DNA from: an uncultured bacterium
GTDB lineage: Bacteria > CAYJRR01
Assembly: GCA_964372275.1 (NCBI GenBank)
Contig: CAYJRR010000028.1
Coordinates: 1 to 39,647 of the forward strand
Direction: 5' to 3'
Length of the DNA stretch: 39,647 nucleotides
In this document: in pieces, positions 35,498 to 39,647 of the stretch
How the letters are laid out: the number at the start of each line of letters is the position of its first letter
Position numbering within the stretch: position 1 is the first letter of the stretch
Made by a program: the position numbers and the translations under genes
The notes under the pieces: generated by a model
What the model was told of the DNA's origin: nothing
The model's database searches: none
Seen by the model: only the letters and a program-made list of their open reading frames with translations

Positions 35498-37123
35498 ATG
35501 CCCGCCCCCGACGCCGCGCGGATCCTGATCGTCGACGACGAGCGGGTGATCCGGGACATCCTCACCGACTTCCTGGAGATGGAGGGGTACTCGGTCCTGA
35601 CCGCGGCCGACGGCCAGGAGGCGACGCAGATCCTGGCGCGGGAGGCGGTGAACCTGGTCGTCACCGACCTGAAGATGCCGAACATGGGCGGCATCGAGCT
35701 GATCGACGTGATCGCGGCGATGAAGGAGCCGCCGGTGGTGCTGGTGATGACCGGATTCGGCACGGTGGAGACGGCCGTCGGGGCGATGAAGCGCGGCGCC
35801 TACGACTACATCCTCAAACCGTTCAAGGTCGAGGACGTGGTGCACATCGTCCGACGGGGCCTGGAGAAGAAGCGGCTGGAACGGGAGAACATCCAGCTCA
35901 AGGAGACGCTCTCGCTCTACACCATGAGCGAGGGCTTGAACCAAAGCCTATCGCTCGAGCGCATCCTGGGGATCATCCTCGACACGACGATGCGCGAAGT
36001 CGACTGCGACGTCGTCTCGTTGGTGCTCAAGGACGAAGAGACCGGGCGGCCCGAAGTCGTGGTGCAGCAGGTCTCGTTCGACGAGGCGCGCGACCTGAAG
36101 CAGGACCGGGTCGGGAGCCTCGCCGCCGACCGGTTGATGGCGCAGCTCGCGACGGAGCGCTCCCTGCTGTTGCACGGGGACGGCGCGTCGGAACCGTTCG
36201 ACCGCATGCCGGTTCGGCGACCGACCTGTTTCGTGGCGCTGCCGCTCCGGGTGGGCAACCGGCTTCTGGGCAGCCTCAACGCCTACGGCTTCGAGCCGGG
36301 GCGTCGCTTTTCCGAAGGGAAGCGCAAGCTGCTCTCGGTGCTCGCCGACCGCGCGGCGACGGCGATCGAGAACGCGCGCCTCTACGGCGGGATCAAACGC
36401 GTCTTCGGCGAGACGCTGCAGTCGCTGGTGCTCGCGCTGGAGGCGAAGGACCGCTACACCGCCGGCCACACCAAGCGCGTCACCGAGTACACCCGGATGG
36501 TGGTGGAGCGGATGGCCCTCCCGCCGGCGCAGGCCGAGGCCTTCTGTCAGGGAGCGATGCTCCACGACATCGGGAAGATCGGAATCGACCCGCAGAAGAT
36601 CAACAAGCCGGGGCGCCTCACCGAGGAGGAGATGGCGATGTTCCGATCGCACCCGTCGATCGGCCGCCGCATCCTGGAACCGATCAAGTTCCTCGCGGAG
36701 ATCATCCCCGCCGTCTACTACCACCACGAGAAGTTCGACGGGACGGGGTACCCGGAGGGACTGAAGGGGAAGGAGATCCCGCTCGGCGCGCGGATCGTCG
36801 CGGTGGCCGACACCTACGACGCGATGACTTCGACGCGCGCCTACCGGCGCGCCCTGACCCACAAGATCGCCATGGCGGAGCTCGCGCGGTGCGCCGGGAC
36901 GCAGTTCGACGCCGACATCGTCTCCGCGTTCTGCGCCGAGATCGAATCGCGACGCGACGCCGGCGCCGACGAGCGCGCCCGCGCCGCCGCCGACGCCGAC
37001 GAGGTGGCCCCCGAGTACGTCGCGCTCACCCAGTCGGGCGCCGCGCCGGCCGAGCCGGCGAGCCGGGAGACGACGGTCACCGCGACGCTCGATACCGGGC
37101 TGCGGCCCGTCCGCGAGAAGTAG
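35498..37123 (+). CDS. Response regulator REC-GAF-HD-GYP cyclic-dinucleotide phosphodiesterase
   Basis: ILIVDDE, TDLKMP, MTGF and KPF (REC); GAF; GHTKRV, LHDIGK, HHEKFDGTGYP and VADTYDAM. Confidence 0.93.
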   Translation: MPAPDAARILIVDDERVIRDILTDFLEMEGYSVLTAADGQEATQILAREAVNLVVTDLKMPNMGGIELIDVIAAMKEPPVVLVMTGFGTVETAVGAMKRGAYDYILKPFKVEDVVHIVRRGLEKKRLERENIQLKETLSLYTMSEGLNQSLSLERILGIILDTTMREVDCDVVSLVLKDEETGRPEVVVQQVSFDEARDLKQDRVGSLAADRLMAQLATERSLLLHGDGASEPFDRMPVRRPTCFVALPLRVGNRLLGSLNAYGFEPGRRFSEGKRKLLSVLADRAATAIENARLYGGIKRVFGETLQSLVLALEAKDRYTAGHTKRVTEYTRMVVERMALPPAQAEAFCQGAMLHDIGKIGIDPQKINKPGRLTEEEMAMFRSHPSIGRRILEPIKFLAEIIPAVYYHHEKFDGTGYPEGLKGKEIPLGARIVAVADTYDAMTSTRAYRRALTHKIAMAELARCAGTQFDADIVSAFCAEIESRRDAGADERARAAADADEVAPEYVALTQSGAAPAEPASRETTVTATLDTGLRPVREK

Positions 37124-37169
37124 CGCCGGCCCGTTCCCGGTGCTCCGCGCGTCTGATAAGGTCCGCGCC

Positions 37170-38540
37170 GTGCCGCCGCCCGCCGAGCCCTTGGCCCCCC
37201 ACGTCGACGCGCTCTACGCCGCCGGGGGACGGGTCTACGAGGTGGGCGGGGCGGTGCGCGATCGGATGCTCGGTCGCGAGTCGAAGGACGCCGACCTGCT
37301 GGTGACCGGGGTGCCGGTCGAGCGCATGAAGGAGATCCTGCAGCGGTTCGGTGCGGTCCACGCGGTGGGGATGAGCTTCGGCGTGCTCAAGTTCCAGCCG
37401 CGCGGTGCGTCCGGGGAACCGGTCGACGTGGCGCTTCCGCGCCTCGAACGTTCCACCGGGCCGGGCCACCGGGATTTCGACGTCCATTTCGACCACAACC
37501 TGCCGGTCGAGGCCGATCTCGGGCGCCGCGACTTCACCGTCAACGCCATCGCCGTCGAGACCCGGACGGGCGAGGTCGTCGATCCGCTCGGCGGGCGGGT
37601 CGACCTGGAGGCGCGACGGCTGCGGATGGTCTTCCCGCGCGCCTTCGAAGAGGACCCGCTGCGCATCCTGCGCGGAATCCAGTTCGCCGCGCGCTTCGCG
37701 CTCCGTGTCGAGCCCGAGACGCTCGCCGCGATGAAGCGCGACGCGGAGCGGGTCGCGACCGTCTCGTCGGAGCGGATCGTGCAGGAGCTGAAGAAGCTCC
37801 TGCTCGCGCCGAAACCCTCGGTCGGCTTCTACCTGATGCGCGAGGTCGACGTTCTCAAGTTCGTCGTCCCGGAGCTCCTGCCGCTGGTCGGGGTGACGCA
37901 GCCGGGGAAGAAGAACGTCGGAGACGCGTTCGACCACACCATGCGGGTCATCGACGCGGCGCGCGTCGATTCGGCGCTGGAGCACCCGGGCGACCTCGGA
38001 TTGCTCCTGGCGGCCCTGTTCCACGACGTCGGCAAGGCGACCACGCGCGCCGTCGACCCGAAGTCGGGACGGATCACCTTCCACGGACACCAGTTCGTCT
38101 CCAAGCGACTCACCCGCCGCCGCCTGGACGAGCTGAAGGTGAGCCAGATCGGGATCGACCCGAACGAGGTCCTGACCCTGGTCGAGAACCATATGTTCGA
38201 CATCGGGCCGAACTACTCGGACAAGGCGCTGCGCCGTTTCGCCAAGAAGATCGGACCGGAACGGGTGTTCAAGCAGATCGACCTGCGGATCGCCGACAAC
38301 CGCGGTGGGGCGCACCCGACCAACATCCACAAGCACGTCGCGCTGCGGAAGCGTCTGCGCGAGGAGCTGGAGAAGAAGCCGCCGTTCGGCCTGAAGGACC
38401 TGGCGATCGACGGCAACGACTTGCTGAAGGCCGGATACAAGCCGGGACCGGGGCTGGGGGCCAAGCTGAAGGAGCTGCTCGAGCTGGTGCTCGACGACCC
38501 GTCCCTCAACACCCGCGACGAGCTGATGAAGCGCATCTGA
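37170..38540 (+). CDS. cca: Class II tRNA nucleotidyltransferase (CCA-adding-like) with HD domain
   Basis: VGGAVRD..KDADL, DLGRRDFTVNA, EDPLRILR and FHDVGK; start approximate. CCA- versus A-adding specificity not resolved. Confidence 0.85.
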   Translation: MPPPAEPLAPHVDALYAAGGRVYEVGGAVRDRMLGRESKDADLLVTGVPVERMKEILQRFGAVHAVGMSFGVLKFQPRGASGEPVDVALPRLERSTGPGHRDFDVHFDHNLPVEADLGRRDFTVNAIAVETRTGEVVDPLGGRVDLEARRLRMVFPRAFEEDPLRILRGIQFAARFALRVEPETLAAMKRDAERVATVSSERIVQELKKLLLAPKPSVGFYLMREVDVLKFVVPELLPLVGVTQPGKKNVGDAFDHTMRVIDAARVDSALEHPGDLGLLLAALFHDVGKATTRAVDPKSGRITFHGHQFVSKRLTRRRLDELKVSQIGIDPNEVLTLVENHMFDIGPNYSDKALRRFAKKIGPERVFKQIDLRIADNRGGAHPTNIHKHVALRKRLREELEKKPPFGLKDLAIDGNDLLKAGYKPGPGLGAKLKELLELVLDDPSLNTRDELMKRI

Positions 38541-39502
38541 TGGCGGGCGACCGCGCCGGGCGCGACAAGGACGTGAAGCTCCGCGAGCGGCGGATGCGCG
38601 AGACGCGGCGCCTCCCCGACGTTTCCGACGGCGAGCTCGTTCTGCGCACCTCGCGCGGCCACGCCTGGCTCGCCGCGCGCGCGCCGGGTCCCGCCGAGCG
38701 CCACGTGCGCCTGCCGCGCTGGGCGCAGGTCGCGCCCGGCGACCGGGTGGCGGTCGACGCCGCGGGGCGCGTCGCCGGGCTCGTCCCCCGCCGCAGCGCG
38801 CTTCGCCGCAAGGCGGGACCGAAGGAGGAGGTGCTGGCCGCCAACCTCGACCAGGTGGCGATCGTCGTCGGTCCGGACAAGCTCCTCCGCGAGGGGTTCC
38901 TGAACCGCGCCCTCTGCGCCGTGCTGGCCGAGGGGCTCACGCCCCTGCTCGTCTTCCAGAAGGCCGATGTCGACGACCACGGCGAGCTGCGCGAGCGGGC
39001 GGAGCTCTACCGCCAGCTGGGCTTCTCCACCTTCGTCACCTCGGCGATCACGGGGGAGGGGACGAAGGACCTCGCCGCCGCGCTCGCCGGGCGCGCCACC
39101 GCGCTGCTCGGGCACTCGGGCGTCGGCAAGACCTCGCTCGTCAACCGGCTCTTCCCCGAGGCGCGACTCCGGACGGCCGAGGTCGACGCCTGGGGCCGCG
39201 GGAAGCACGCCACTACGCTCGCGCGGGTCCTGGTCGCCGGCGACGCGCGGTTGATCGACCTCCCCGGCGTGCGCGAGCTGGGCCTGGTGCGCCTCGATCC
39301 GCCGGTGCTCGACGCCGCGTTTCCGGAGGTGGCTCGTCTCGAGCCGACGTGTGCGGAGCGGGGCTGCACGCACGACGTCGAAGAGGGCTGCGCGGTGCAG
39401 GCGGCGGTTGAGCGCGACGAGATCGATCCGATCCGCGTCGAGTGCCGGGCGGCGATCGTCGCGTCCTACGCGGCCGGCACCGAGGGCGGCGGCCGACTTT
39501 GA
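38540..39502 (+). CDS. rsgA: Small ribosomal subunit biogenesis GTPase RsgA
   Basis: AANLDQ, permuted G4 QKAD, GHSGVGKTS, GKHATT, DLPGVRE and Zn motif C-AERG-C-T-H-DVEEG-C. Confidence 0.92.
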   Translation: MAGDRAGRDKDVKLRERRMRETRRLPDVSDGELVLRTSRGHAWLAARAPGPAERHVRLPRWAQVAPGDRVAVDAAGRVAGLVPRRSALRRKAGPKEEVLAANLDQVAIVVGPDKLLREGFLNRALCAVLAEGLTPLLVFQKADVDDHGELRERAELYRQLGFSTFVTSAITGEGTKDLAAALAGRATALLGHSGVGKTSLVNRLFPEARLRTAEVDAWGRGKHATTLARVLVAGDARLIDLPGVRELGLVRLDPPVLDAAFPEVARLEPTCAERGCTHDVEEGCAVQAAVERDEIDPIRVECRAAIVASYAAGTEGGGRL

Positions 39503-39506
39503 CGCG

Positions 39507-39647
39507 TCAGCGGGTGCGTCGTCGGAACGCCAGCAGAGAGACCAGCCCGCCGAGCATCGTGCCGATCCCCGCTGGACTCGCGCCGAAGCCGGCGACGTCG
39601 CAGGCGATCCCTTCGAGCTCGCCCCGGTCCTCGCCGTCGAGCTCCCA
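39507..39647 (-). CDS. C-terminal end of a surface protein with MYXO-CTERM-like sorting signal (partial)
   Basis: Hand translation ..WELDGEDRGELEGIACDVAGFGASPAGIGTMLGGLVSLLAFRRRTR*: Cys motif, Gly/Ser/Pro linker, TM and Arg cluster. Confidence 0.7.
   Translation of the reverse strand, partial: WELDGEDRGELEGIACDVAGFGASPAGIGTMLGGLVSLLAFRRRTR

Overview
GC-rich, gene-dense bacterial window that looks Myxococcota/Deltaproteobacteria-like (inferred from a MYXO-CTERM-type tail, a Hanks kinase, sigma-54-like promoters and many lipoproteins). A 10-N scaffold gap at 12565-12574 suggests a draft or metagenome assembly. Recognisable genes are a Ser/Thr kinase, SH3-M23 peptidase, 5'-nucleotidase, leucine dehydrogenase, PspA, ABC transporter, AAA+ ATPase, typA, SDR, MaoC dehydratase, radical SAM/SPASM enzyme, REC-GAF-HD-GYP regulator, CCA-adding enzyme and rsgA. 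Three genes absent from the ORF track were read by hand: (1) a left-edge GAF + ZZ-type zinc-finger protein resembling the N-terminus of bacterial 'ZZ histones'; (2) a 75-aa glutaredoxin-like protein with two in-frame UGA codons, each followed by a SECIS-like hairpin (UXX-star selenoprotein); (3) a right-edge MYXO-CTERM-like tail. The most interesting multi-gene systems are a tightly coupled PspA / SBP-OmpA / ABC / TM-coiled-coil / AAA+ operon (ESCRT-III/Vps4-like), a TPR / membrane-anchored peptide / rSAM-SPASM locus, and a 5'-nucleotidase / OB-fold lipoprotein / beta-barrel cluster that may scavenge nucleic acid. No rRNA, tRNA, CRISPR array or transposase was seen. All family calls come from motif recognition by eye, not database searches.
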